Assembly: GCA_026983735.1 (NCBI GenBank)
Contig: JALSTN010000186.1
Coordinates: 1 to 49,306, forward strand
DNA: 49,306 bases
Direction: 5' to 3'
Source: Saprospiraceae bacterium
GTDB lineage: Bacteria > Bacteroidota > Bacteroidia > Chitinophagales > Saprospiraceae
The notes beneath the pieces are model-generated. The model had not been told where the DNA came from. It ran no database searches and saw nothing but the letters and a program-made list of their open reading frames with translations. A program made the translations under genes and the position numbers. This document shows, in pieces, positions 1 through 9,184 of this stretch (within the stretch, counting starts at the first letter, position 1; every line of letters starts with the position of its first letter).

Positions 1-152
1 GCGCATAAGCATTGGACGTTAATGACTCTAAACTGAGCACTCAACAGAAATGCTTCTTGCAAAATTCTGTTGTTAAATCGCACAATCTACGCAAATTGTT
101 CTGCCTTGTTATAAATTTGTAAGACTTAGGAGGATGTTAAGTGTATCAAGCT

Positions 153-767
153 CTATGGATTAATCAACTCGTAATACTGCTCATTCAGCTCCTGTATGAA
201 AGCGCGCAATGGCTCAATCCCATCTTTCTTCTTGGAGGAAGTTACAAATATCTGAGGAAGTTCTTCCCAATGTTCCATCATTGATTTTTTGAATGCCTCT
301 ATGTTTTTGGTCCTTGCACTCGCTTTTGTTTTATCCAATTTGGTAAAAACTAATACAAAAGGGACTTGATACACACCTAATTGATCGACAAACTCCAGGT
401 CAATTTTCTGAGGTGGAATCGACGCATCTATCAATACAAATACAGCTTGCAAGGGCTTGCGAAATCGCATATAGTCCTCGATCATTCGCTCCCACTGCTT
501 GCGTTTTGTCTTGGATATCTTGGCATATCCATAGCCGGGGAGGTCTACCAAATGCCACATATTGTTGATTTTAAAGATGTTAATCATTTGGGTCTTCCCC
601 GGTGTAGAAGATACTTTTGCCAGTTTGCTATAGCCTGTCAACGCATTAATTAAAGAGGACTTGCCAACATTGGAGCGACCGACAAAGGCATACTCCGGAT
701 TCGCCGTCTGCGGACAACTGCTCTCTTTGGGATAACTTCCTATGTAATCTGCTGTTTTAATTATCAT
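153..767 (-). CDS. engB: Ribosome-biogenesis GTPase EngB/YihA/YsxC
   Basis: 204-aa ORF. Contains the P-loop GRSNVGKSSLINAL, G3 DLPGYGYA and G4 TKLDK in the order and spacing typical of EngB. Confidence 0.9.
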   Translation of the reverse strand: MIIKTADYIGSYPKESSCPQTANPEYAFVGRSNVGKSSLINALTGYSKLAKVSSTPGKTQMINIFKINNMWHLVDLPGYGYAKISKTKRKQWERMIEDYMRFRKPLQAVFVLIDASIPPQKIDLEFVDQLGVYQVPFVLVFTKLDKTKASARTKNIEAFKKSMMEHWEELPQIFVTSSKKKDGIEPLRAFIQELNEQYYELINP

Positions 768-1017
768 TATATATTACATTTTTTGGCAAAGTATTTGTGG
801 TTTATTGAAGTAGGGAGTGGGGGTATGAAATGGTAATCTATGGATTATCCATTTAGTCAGAGGTGTAAATTTATCCTGCCTTTCAACCATTTCATACTCC
901 ATCTTCCTCTAAATCCCATTAAGAGACAATAAAATGTTCTGTCAACATCATTCTATTAAATACAACATCGCTAACGACTTTCAAATGGAAGCCAATACTT
1001 TAAACTATAGATACAAT

Positions 1018-1656
1018 ATGAAAAAAATTCTGTTCATTATTTTGATAAGTATTCCCTTTTGCAATGCGAATTATGCCCAACTCACTTACGGGCTCAATGC
1101 CGGAATCCAATCCGGATATTATCTCGACAAATACTTTTACATCGATAGTTATGAAAAGGGAAAAGAGTTACTTCTCAAAGTGGAAAAAGGAAAATATGGT
1201 CTCCATTTTGGTGTTTTCACGCGTCTTCAAATGGGACCTCTATTCCTACAGCCTCAAGCACAATTCAATTCGGATAATATCGCATATACTCTACGCGACT
1301 TAAACGATTCGCAAGCACCAAAACGTCTATTTAGAGAGCGTTTTTACTCCGTTACATTGCCGTTAAAAATAGGACTTAAGCGCAGCATATTTACCTTCCA
1401 CTCCGGTCCCGTGGCCAATTACCAACTAATTAGTATTTCCGATTTATGGAATCAAAAAGGTTTCTCCAAGCAAATTAACAAATTAGCGTGGAGTTGGACA
1501 TTGGGTATGGGAATAGACCTATGGATTGCCCGACTTGATTTTAGCATCGAGCAAGGTCTAGGACGCTATGGAGATCACATCCAGATTCAAGGCTCTCCTT
1601 TTAACTTCAGCAAAAATCCGGGAAGATTTGTCACATCGATGTATATTGCCCTTTAG
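1018..1656 (+). CDS. Outer-membrane beta-barrel protein (PorT-like / OMP_b-brl_2 porin family)
   Basis: The internal ATG at 1018 gives MKKILFIILISIPFCNANYAQ, a signal peptide. It is followed by alternating aromatic/hydrophobic beta-strand patterning. The track ORF start at 934 adds 28 residues that do not look like a signal peptide. Confidence 0.6.
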   Translation: MKKILFIILISIPFCNANYAQLTYGLNAGIQSGYYLDKYFYIDSYEKGKELLLKVEKGKYGLHFGVFTRLQMGPLFLQPQAQFNSDNIAYTLRDLNDSQAPKRLFRERFYSVTLPLKIGLKRSIFTFHSGPVANYQLISISDLWNQKGFSKQINKLAWSWTLGMGIDLWIARLDFSIEQGLGRYGDHIQIQGSPFNFSKNPGRFVTSMYIAL

Positions 1657-1659
1657 AGA

Positions 1660-4600
1660 CTATACATTTTCTATTAAAGCGGTATGGCTTAATTTTCTGA
1701 AATCCACTTCACTGACCGCTGAGACTCCATTCTCCTGCATAAATACGCCATAGAGGATGTCCACCTCTGCCATCGTCAATTTGTTGTGTGTAACGATGAT
1801 AAATTGCGAATACTTTGAAAACTCACTAATGATATTATTAAACTTAAGAATATTAGCGTCGTCCAGGGGTGCATCGACTTCATCAAATATACAAAAGGGA
1901 GCAGGTTTTAACAAGTAAAGGGAAAATAGCAATGCAATAGCTGTCAAGGTCTTCTCCCCACCGGACAATTGACTGAGTGTCTTAGGGCGTTTACCTTTGG
2001 GCTTTGCGACAATTTCTATGTCGGAATTGAGCGGATGTTCCGGGTCCAATAAAATTAAGTCACAGTCATCATCTTCTGTAAAAAGACTTCTAAAGACAGA
2101 GCGAAAATATTCCTTAACTTGTCCAAAGGCTTCGAGAAATAGCAGTGTGGCTTTTTTCTCTATTTCATCAATGGTCGTCTCTAGCGAATCTTTGGCATCA
2201 AGGATATCTTGTCTTTGGCTGACAATGGTGTCGTACCTCGACTTCATCTCATCAAAGGCATGCATAGCTAAGGGGTTTACCTCCCCGAAATTATCTAATC
2301 TTCTCTTTAACTTTTCGACCTTGTCCATGAGTTCTTCTACCTCCATCTCCGTCTCTACATCTGTCTTCATTAAGTAGTCGATGGAGAGACCAAATTCGAT
2401 ATTAATCCGCTCTCCTATAGAGGTGAGTTGGAGTCGAAGGGAATTGTATTGTTCCTTGTATTCAGATAGAGATATCTGAAGCTTGTGAACATGAGAGCGC
2501 AGTTCCTTTACTTCTTGCTCTTGAGCTGTTATGGCGTTTCGCACTTCGTAAAACTTAGACTCTCTATCTCTAAGAAGTGTTTGACCGGAGCGCTTTTCCT
2601 GGTATTTATCCGTTAGCTCAATCTCCAATTCAGATAGCCTTCGCTCAACTTTATCTAGTTCCAGTTTGTTTTTCTCTCTTTGTGATTTTTGATCTTTTTC
2701 AGAATGCTTCAGCGCCTCAATTCGCTCCTCGAAGTATTTGCGTTCCTTTGACAAATACTCCAATTTATTTTTCTCTTTAAAATAAATGATATTGCGCTCA
2801 TTAAACAGGGCTGAAACCTGACTTAGTTGTTCATTCCATGTTTGTACCTCCCCACCTTGTGAACGAATTTCCTTATCCAGAATTGAAATCTTCTTCTTGA
2901 CTTCCGCCAAATCAACAACTCTTGATGCTTCTTCCGAAATGAGTTGATTCGTGCGCTCTGTAAACTCATCAATTTGTATTGCATTCCTTTGAATTTCCTT
3001 CTCTAGATGGTCTAATTGTGTAGAATACTGAATAGATTTTCGACTTTCTTCTGAAAAATCTGTACGGAGTGCTTTTAGTTTGTCAGGATCTTGTACATTC
3101 TGCAAGGCCTTCAATTCCTCTTTTGCTTTGGATAATTTCCCTTCAAGTGTTTCGGCTTTGTTTTTGAACTTTTTGAGTTCTTTTTCTAATTTCTCAAGTT
3201 GTTTTTTACGCCCTATTTTCTTTCCTGAAAAAAGTCCGACAGATCCACCGGTCAGATTAAAACGAGCTCTAATCATTCCATGGTCGGGCTGAATCAATAC
3301 GATACGCTCATCCTCCAATAACACATCCACCGGTTCCTCCTCGACAAAGAACACACCATTGAGCAATAGATTGAAAAGCGGTTTATATCTCACCTCCGTA
3401 TCAATCAAGTCCAACGCACGAGTCCATCCGATTTGAGCTTTTGGTTCAGGTACTACGGGGAGCTCGGACAATATAAAAAAACGTGCAGTCCCTTTTTGGG
3501 CACCTGATAAAAGATGTACTGCTTCTACTGCCTGTCGAACATTATCCACAATATAGGTATTCAAGTAGGGCTCGAGATATTGTTCGACTGCCATTCGATA
3601 GCGCTCGGGCACATCGATCACATCCGTCAATAATGGAGCCGGTATGCTCCAATTTTTACTGAGGTACTTGATAGACTCCGGAAATCCCTCGAGCTGGTCC
3701 ACCATACTTTTCAGTAGATTGTACTCATGCCTCCTCGCATCAATTTCTCTACCTACTTGAGAGATTGTTTCACTGAGCTGAACAATCCTCTCACGTAAGG
3801 AGGCTTCCTTTTCTTTGCGCTGTTCTTCCTCTGTCTCCAGCTTTTTAATCAGCTGCTCTAATCTATTGACCTCTTTCTTCGATGCTTTTGAAACACGGGA
3901 TAGTTCATCCAGTCTATTGGATTTTTTCTCCACTTCGACCTGAAGCTTTTCAATATTCATACGAAGTGTATCAATCCTGTTCGTGTGAATCGCTTGCTGC
4001 TTTTCAATTTCATATTTGAGCGTATCTAGCTTTTGTTTTTCGGCAAGACGAGCATCCAATGCGGTTTGGGCGGATTCAAATTGTGCTGTACGATGCTCCA
4101 GTGCAGATTTGGCCTTCTCCATTTCAACCTTTGCCTCCTTTTCCTGTATTTGAGCATCAGTAATGGATTGGTCAAACCCCTGAAGTTTTCCATTCAATTC
4201 CTCCGTCTGTTCAGCCAAATTAGCCAGCGATTGCTCCAATCTTTTCGAATTCTGTTTAATAAAGTCCGCTCTTTGTTTCAACATGGACTTCTCTGCTTCT
4301 AACTTGCGTACTTCCTCCGTTAAAACATTGAGTTTACGCTGGGCTTCAGAGACCTCTTGTTCATTGTTTAATGTCGTGCGTTTTCGCTCTTCCAATGCGG
4401 CTTCAGCCTTAGCCAAAGAGGACTCTTGCGAAGACAGCTCAATCTGTGTTTGAGCTATAATCTCTTTGATCCGGTTGTATTCCTCTTTATGGACCTTAGT
4501 TTGAATTAAAGCCAATTGGATGCTTAAGTCCTTGTACTGTTCTTTGAGACGGACATGCTTGCGTGCCCTCTTCGCTTGCTTTTCAAGCATCTTCAGGTTA

Positions 4601-5199
4601 TTCTCGATCTCAAAAAGTAAATCCTCTACCCTTTCGAGATCCTCTGAAGTACTTTTGAGTTTTAGCAGTGTTTCCCGTTTGCGTTTTTTATATTTGCTGA
4701 CGCCGGCAGCCTGTTCGAACATTCTTCGACGTGCACGATCCTTGTCCGAAAGGATATCATCCACCATCCCCAGTTCAATAATAGCATAGGAATTGGAACC
4801 TATACCCGTATCTACGAACAGATTAGTAATATCTTTGAGTCGGCATTTTGTATCGTTGAGACGATACTCGCTCTCCCCACTTTTATACAGCAACCTAGAG
4901 ATGCTAACCGTCTTAAATTCAGAAGGCAGAATTCCTTTATCATTCTCGAATTCGATGGTTACTTGAGCCAACTTTGCCCCTTTTCTCTTTTTCGTACCAT
5001 TGAAAAGCACATCTCCCATGCTTTGGAGTCTCAACTCCTTGCCTTTTTGTTCCCCTAACACCCATCGAATGGCATCCACTATATTGGATTTTCCCGAACC
5101 ATTGGGGCCCACTACTCCGATAACTTGTTCATTAAAATTAAGCACGGTGTCGTCAGCAAAGCTTTTAAAGCCCTTCACTCTTAACGTTTTCAATCTCAT
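1660..5199 (-). CDS. smc: Chromosome partition protein Smc
   Basis: 1179 aa. N-terminal Walker A GPNGSGKSN, two very long Glu/Lys/Leu-rich coiled-coil arms flanking a hinge, C-terminal signature LSGGEK and Walker B FCIFDEVDAPLD. Confidence 0.95.
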   Translation of the reverse strand: MRLKTLRVKGFKSFADDTVLNFNEQVIGVVGPNGSGKSNIVDAIRWVLGEQKGKELRLQSMGDVLFNGTKKRKGAKLAQVTIEFENDKGILPSEFKTVSISRLLYKSGESEYRLNDTKCRLKDITNLFVDTGIGSNSYAIIELGMVDDILSDKDRARRRMFEQAAGVSKYKKRKRETLLKLKSTSEDLERVEDLLFEIENNLKMLEKQAKRARKHVRLKEQYKDLSIQLALIQTKVHKEEYNRIKEIIAQTQIELSSQESSLAKAEAALEERKRTTLNNEQEVSEAQRKLNVLTEEVRKLEAEKSMLKQRADFIKQNSKRLEQSLANLAEQTEELNGKLQGFDQSITDAQIQEKEAKVEMEKAKSALEHRTAQFESAQTALDARLAEKQKLDTLKYEIEKQQAIHTNRIDTLRMNIEKLQVEVEKKSNRLDELSRVSKASKKEVNRLEQLIKKLETEEEQRKEKEASLRERIVQLSETISQVGREIDARRHEYNLLKSMVDQLEGFPESIKYLSKNWSIPAPLLTDVIDVPERYRMAVEQYLEPYLNTYIVDNVRQAVEAVHLLSGAQKGTARFFILSELPVVPEPKAQIGWTRALDLIDTEVRYKPLFNLLLNGVFFVEEEPVDVLLEDERIVLIQPDHGMIRARFNLTGGSVGLFSGKKIGRKKQLEKLEKELKKFKNKAETLEGKLSKAKEELKALQNVQDPDKLKALRTDFSEESRKSIQYSTQLDHLEKEIQRNAIQIDEFTERTNQLISEEASRVVDLAEVKKKISILDKEIRSQGGEVQTWNEQLSQVSALFNERNIIYFKEKNKLEYLSKERKYFEERIEALKHSEKDQKSQREKNKLELDKVERRLSELEIELTDKYQEKRSGQTLLRDRESKFYEVRNAITAQEQEVKELRSHVHKLQISLSEYKEQYNSLRLQLTSIGERINIEFGLSIDYLMKTDVETEMEVEELMDKVEKLKRRLDNFGEVNPLAMHAFDEMKSRYDTIVSQRQDILDAKDSLETTIDEIEKKATLLFLEAFGQVKEYFRSVFRSLFTEDDDCDLILLDPEHPLNSDIEIVAKPKGKRPKTLSQLSGGEKTLTAIALLFSLYLLKPAPFCIFDEVDAPLDDANILKFNNIISEFSKYSQFIIVTHNKLTMAEVDILYGVFMQENGVSAVSEVDFRKLSHTALIENV

Positions 5200-5203
5200 G
5201 GGG

Positions 5204-5211
5204 CAAAGATA
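5204..5211 (-). promoter_or_regulatory. Bacteroidota sigma-A -7 box (TATCTTTG) 4 nt upstream of the smc ATG
   Basis: The minus strand reads TATCTTTGCCCCATG. This is an exact match to the TAnnTTTG consensus. Confidence 0.4.
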
Positions 5212-5288
5212 GAATTATACATAGAGAATCCACATATATATAGGATAAAAATCACCTGACAGGCGATGTCAATGGATCAAAAGTAGGG

Positions 5289-6305
5289 TTATTTAGATTC
5301 TTTTGTTTTATTGGGTCTGGGGATTCTTTTAAACTTATTGGGACGACCGAGAATATCGAGATCATGTCTACGATGTAGGGCTTCCTCTGTCATTGGAGGT
5401 TTGTCTAGGTCATAATTAAACACTTTCGGTACAAAAAGAAGATGCCCGAGCACCAATTTATAAGCAGAATAAGAGCCATCTGTCACCCATTTAGTACCGC
5501 CCGCCGGATTACGCCCCATGGGAATGAGATGATCAAATATTATGGCATGAAAGGTAGTGTCATAGCGCATTGTTACATATCCATCCGAGGAATACCGCAA
5601 TGGAAAACGATATAAATGCCTATCTGAAACACCGGATTCTCCGTCAAAAACAGGCGCACCAAATCGAATAGACTTATCCGGAGATATTCTAAGTACTTCT
5701 ATTATCTTTTGCTTTTCATACATATCGGGACGTTGTAAGCCTAAGATCAAATACGAAGCCCCTTTCTGCCCAACATCCACAGGGATAAGTGTATAATAAA
5801 GGGCAGCAGGCCAGTTTTTCTCGGTTCGAAGTTCATAATTCATCTCCTGATTTACTTCATTATCGGAGGTAAATTTAATGACGGTGTCTTTCATTTGAAG
5901 GCATCCGAAATACTCGATGTGATCATGCATTCTCAATTGCCAGGTAAACAATCGAAGCGGATAAAGTGTATCAACCAATATCGACACATACTCCCCTAAA
6001 GAATCAAAAGGGTAATCAAATGTCCCCTGCCCTCGCAATACTCGAATAAGCGCCGTATCCAACTGCCGCTTATAAATCAAACGTGTTCTATAACTGCTGC
6101 CCCTATTCATCGAGTCGGCTAAACTGACCAGATAATGCTCTTGATCTAATAGTGTATTCTTAGGATGAATTTGTGCAAGCAATATACTACCGGAGCCTAC
6201 TCCTAATAGAATAAAAAATACAATGGAAAATCGAATTCCATCCCTTATATAAGGCCTTCTACTACCAAATCTAATCAATTTATAGAGAAAATGTAAAAAA
6301 AACAT
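5289..6305 (-). CDS. Hypothetical membrane-anchored protein
   Basis: 338-aa ORF with one N-terminal hydrophobic segment (FSIVFFILLGVGSGSILLA) and a polybasic C-terminal tail (RPNKFKRIPRPNKTKESK). I recognised no family motif. Confidence 0.5.
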   Translation of the reverse strand: MFFLHFLYKLIRFGSRRPYIRDGIRFSIVFFILLGVGSGSILLAQIHPKNTLLDQEHYLVSLADSMNRGSSYRTRLIYKRQLDTALIRVLRGQGTFDYPFDSLGEYVSILVDTLYPLRLFTWQLRMHDHIEYFGCLQMKDTVIKFTSDNEVNQEMNYELRTEKNWPAALYYTLIPVDVGQKGASYLILGLQRPDMYEKQKIIEVLRISPDKSIRFGAPVFDGESGVSDRHLYRFPLRYSSDGYVTMRYDTTFHAIIFDHLIPMGRNPAGGTKWVTDGSYSAYKLVLGHLLFVPKVFNYDLDKPPMTEEALHRRHDLDILGRPNKFKRIPRPNKTKESK

Positions 6306-6537
6306 TATAAATCCTTTTCAGATTATCAAAAAATGCTTATCATTGCGGTGAAACGAAAGACTAACCAATCATTTGGCTTGTCCAATGTGTCGTTCTACAA
6401 CAACTCAATCACCGATTCTTACAACTATATAACTTATGCGATTATTGTAATCAGACATAAATCATTCAAGATTGGGGTAGTTCTTATAGAGCGTTTATTT
6501 AGCTAATAAATGTATCTCAAAAAAGGGCTTTGAAGAA

Positions 6538-6817
6538 ATGAAACGTACATAAATTTTATTGATTATAAATTCACACAGAGTTTAGTTTAAAAAAATTCAT
6601 GTGAGAGCGCAGCGGTTACATAGCTGCAGAAAATCTATAATACATTTATTTTCAATTTATTAGAAATTTTTAAAGATATGAAACGAGCATGAATTTTATT
6701 AATCATAAATTCACACAGAATTTAGTTTAAAAAAATTCATGTGAGAGCGCAGCGGTTACATAGCTGCAGAAAATTTATAATACATTTATTTTCAATTTAT
6801 TAGAAATTTTTAAAGAT
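6538..6817. repeat. Tandem direct repeat, 2 x 140 bp (about 95% identical), ending exactly at the ATG of the downstream OmpA-family gene
   Basis: Unit 1 is 6538-6677 and unit 2 is 6678-6817. Each unit begins ATGAAAC, and the gene itself begins ATGAAAT at 6818. I count 7 mismatches between the units. Confidence 0.95.
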
Positions 6818-7648
6818 ATGAAATGGCTTATACTTTTTTTATGGTTGATACTGGGAATCGTTTATTATACCGGTAAATCCAATTTCAACAAGCAGTGCTG
6901 TCCAGGGATTAACCAAACCGGATCGACAGAAGAAAAAATGGATTCAACACAAGGTGTAGGTCAACCTCAACGTGACCCATTATTGTTTCAATACAATAGT
7001 GATAAAGCGGATACAACGGATCGTTTTTCTGCATATAGAGCCAGCGTGATCTCCTCTTTAAAAAAGGGGGAAAACCTTGTAATTACAGGATATTATAGTG
7101 AAAATGAAACGAATAATACTCCCTATGACAATCTAGGAATTGCCAGGGCAGAGGCGATTAAGGCTCTTTTCATTCAACAATCCGGAATTGCCCCTGCAAG
7201 AGTGCTTACAAAAGGAGAAATCAAAGAGGATGCTATTCAGCAAAGTGGTCTATTCAAGAGCCATATGTTTAGCACTACACCCGGCGATACCAATAAAAAC
7301 AACGTCGTAACACTAAAGGATCGCACGCTGATTTATTTTGAGTATGGAACAGACAAAACCATTGAAGATGAAGATATATTGAGTTATCTGGACAAAGTCG
7401 CAAAATCTGTTTCTACCACCGGTCAAAAGATTTATTTAACCGGGCATACAGACAGTCAGTCGGGACGAGGATACAACTATAGGCTTGGTCTCAAAAGAGC
7501 TCAAAAGATCGCAGACTACCTCAAGTCCAAAGGCGTCTCCAGTCAACAAATAGTAGTAAGGTCCAAGGGGGAAGATGCACCTATTGCGCCTAACAGTTCA
7601 GAAAAGGGACGACAAAAGAACAGACGTGTAGAGTTAGAAATCAAATAA
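6818..7648 (+). CDS. OmpA/MotB-family peptidoglycan-binding protein with an N-terminal membrane anchor
   Basis: The C-terminal OmpA-like domain reads LTGHTDSQSGRGYNYRLGLKRAQKIADYL...NRRVELEI. An upstream, more degenerate OmpA-like segment reads ITGYYSENE...NLGIARAEAIKALF. The N-terminal TM is WLILFLWLILGIVYY. Confidence 0.85.
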   Translation: MKWLILFLWLILGIVYYTGKSNFNKQCCPGINQTGSTEEKMDSTQGVGQPQRDPLLFQYNSDKADTTDRFSAYRASVISSLKKGENLVITGYYSENETNNTPYDNLGIARAEAIKALFIQQSGIAPARVLTKGEIKEDAIQQSGLFKSHMFSTTPGDTNKNNVVTLKDRTLIYFEYGTDKTIEDEDILSYLDKVAKSVSTTGQKIYLTGHTDSQSGRGYNYRLGLKRAQKIADYLKSKGVSSQQIVVRSKGEDAPIAPNSSEKGRQKNRRVELEIK

Positions 7649-7673
7649 ATAATTCACTTTAAAAACAATTAAT

Positions 7674-8654
7674 ATGGTATGGTTAAATCTCTGTGACCTC
7701 GGTACATTTCCATGGCTCTTGCTATGGTGGTTATTACCCTTCTTATTAGGTCTATTGCTCGGATGGGTGCTTTGGGCAAAGTACAAAGCATTACTAGAAG
7801 ATTGTCAAAACACTTTAAGGCGGTGTCAAGAAGATTACAGCACCTTACAATCCAAGTTGGATGAATGCCAAAAGGCAAGGGAAGAGCTTATCTCTGACAA
7901 TGATTCATTGCGTTTTCGAATTTCCACACTTGAAGCAGACTGCTCCAAACTACGCGAAGAGCTAACTGCCGCCTCCTCCCCTTCTTCCTCTGCATCATCG
8001 ACTGCGTTAAACTTTCAATCAGATGGTGGCAATATTCATTCGGAAGCTAACGCCCTCTATACTGCCATTTCTGATGACAACCTAGAAGTTGTAGAGGGTA
8101 TAGGTCCTGCTATGCATCGACTTCTAAATGAAAATGGCATTCATACCTGGAAAGATTTAGCTAATCATTCCGTCGAAAGCATTCAAGCCATGCTTGATAA
8201 ACACGGTGGCAAATACCGTATTATTGATCCTTCCACCTGGGTAATTCAAGCCTCCATGGCCAGAGACGGCCAATGGGACAAACTCATAGAATTCCAAAAA
8301 TCACTTAGTGGTTCTACGGTAAGTGATACTACTCAGACAGATGCCAAAGTAGAAAAAATACTGATAAAAATGGGCTTGCTGAAGAGTTTCAAGCAGGATG
8401 ATCTCAAAGCTGTCGAAGGTATAGGACCTAAAATCGAAGCACTGCTGAAGGAGGCCGGTGTAAAAACTTGGCACGATTTAGCACAAGCTTCTGTCGACCA
8501 TCTTCGCAAAATCTTAAGCGATGCTGGGCCCAGGTTCAAATTAGCTGACCCCGAAACTTGGCCTCAACAAGCCGATTTGGCAGACAAAGGAGAGTGGAAA
8601 GCTTTACAAGAGCTCCAAGACTTCCTTGACAGAGGTAAAGAACCCGGCAAATAG
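7674..8654 (+). CDS. Membrane-anchored coiled-coil protein with two C-terminal helix-hairpin-helix (H3TH, COG3743-like) repeats
   Basis: TM segment (FPWLLLWWLLPFLLGLLLGWVLW), a Cys-containing heptad coiled coil, a Ser-rich linker, then two ~78-aa repeats. The repeats begin LEVVEGIGPAMHRLLNENGIHTWKDLA and LKAVEGIGPKIEALLKEAGVKTWHDLA. Confidence 0.6.
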   Translation: MVWLNLCDLGTFPWLLLWWLLPFLLGLLLGWVLWAKYKALLEDCQNTLRRCQEDYSTLQSKLDECQKAREELISDNDSLRFRISTLEADCSKLREELTAASSPSSSASSTALNFQSDGGNIHSEANALYTAISDDNLEVVEGIGPAMHRLLNENGIHTWKDLANHSVESIQAMLDKHGGKYRIIDPSTWVIQASMARDGQWDKLIEFQKSLSGSTVSDTTQTDAKVEKILIKMGLLKSFKQDDLKAVEGIGPKIEALLKEAGVKTWHDLAQASVDHLRKILSDAGPRFKLADPETWPQQADLADKGEWKALQELQDFLDRGKEPGK

Positions 8655-8664
8655 TTTTTAGATT

Positions 8665-8711
8665 GTGAACAGATATACAGGTTGTTTCCCTTATATCTGT
8701 TCACTTTTCTT
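8665..8711 (+). terminator. Rho-independent terminator after the OmpA / coiled-coil gene pair
   Basis: Perfect 13-bp stem: GTGAACAGATATA (8665-8677) pairs with TATATCTGTTCAC (8692-8704). It is followed by TTTTCTTGTTT. Confidence 0.8.
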
Positions 8712-9184
8712 GTTTCAACTCTTCTGTAAACCACCAAATCCAATCCCCTTGATTCATCTGCCATTCTCTGTTTAAACAGGGATTTGGATACAGAATCATT
8801 TGAAATGTATCTTGGACTTGTAGTGCCAACCTAAGAATCCCCTAATACAATTCGTCCCCTACTAGGACATGGATTTTAATACGCCCCACTGGTGTTGTTT
8901 ATCTCGAGGTCATCCTTATCTTATACAGAAGGTTGTTTCTATTGCACATGAAAGGCTTCGCTACTGATGTATTAAAAAATTACACCCCAAGCTACTGGAT
9001 TTCTCCTATCTCAACGCCCTCCTACTATATATAAGACCTAACTATGATTAGAAGTAACCCGTACGACCTGAACGGATAGAAATATTATGAACTCACATGT
9101 TTAATGCCGTGAACGTAAATATTTCGTATATAAGATTAATCAGCATTGATCAAACTATTCTATTATTTAGGCGTTGGATAACAT

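Noticed and set aside
42-72. An 8-bp hairpin (CAACAGAA ... TTCTGTTG) downstream of engB as a possible terminator.
   Set aside because: The loop is long (15 nt), there is no U-tract on the relevant strand, and it lies about 80 nt from the stop codon. This is too weak to call.
934-1017. N-terminal extensions in the ORF track for the OMP (934-1017), rbfA (26047-26130) and the thiolase (33171-33308).
   Set aside because: Internal ATGs give canonical N-termini: a signal peptide, MASKRQ... and MTYIVDG... respectively. For the thiolase, a -7 box lies inside the extension.
1997-5212. Several 60-126 aa plus-strand ORFs inside smc (1997-2377, 2577-2780, 3080-3292, 4033-4302, 4520-4789, 5000-5212).
   Set aside because: They are Ser/Leu/Phe-rich shadow frames antisense to the Glu/Lys/Leu-rich coiled-coil codons of smc. 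They have no motifs or promoters.
6538-6817. Whether the 140-bp repeat is a CRISPR array or a MITE.
   Set aside because: There are only two directly abutting copies with no spacers, no terminal inverted repeats and no target-site duplication visible. It is a simple tandem duplication anchored on the gene start.
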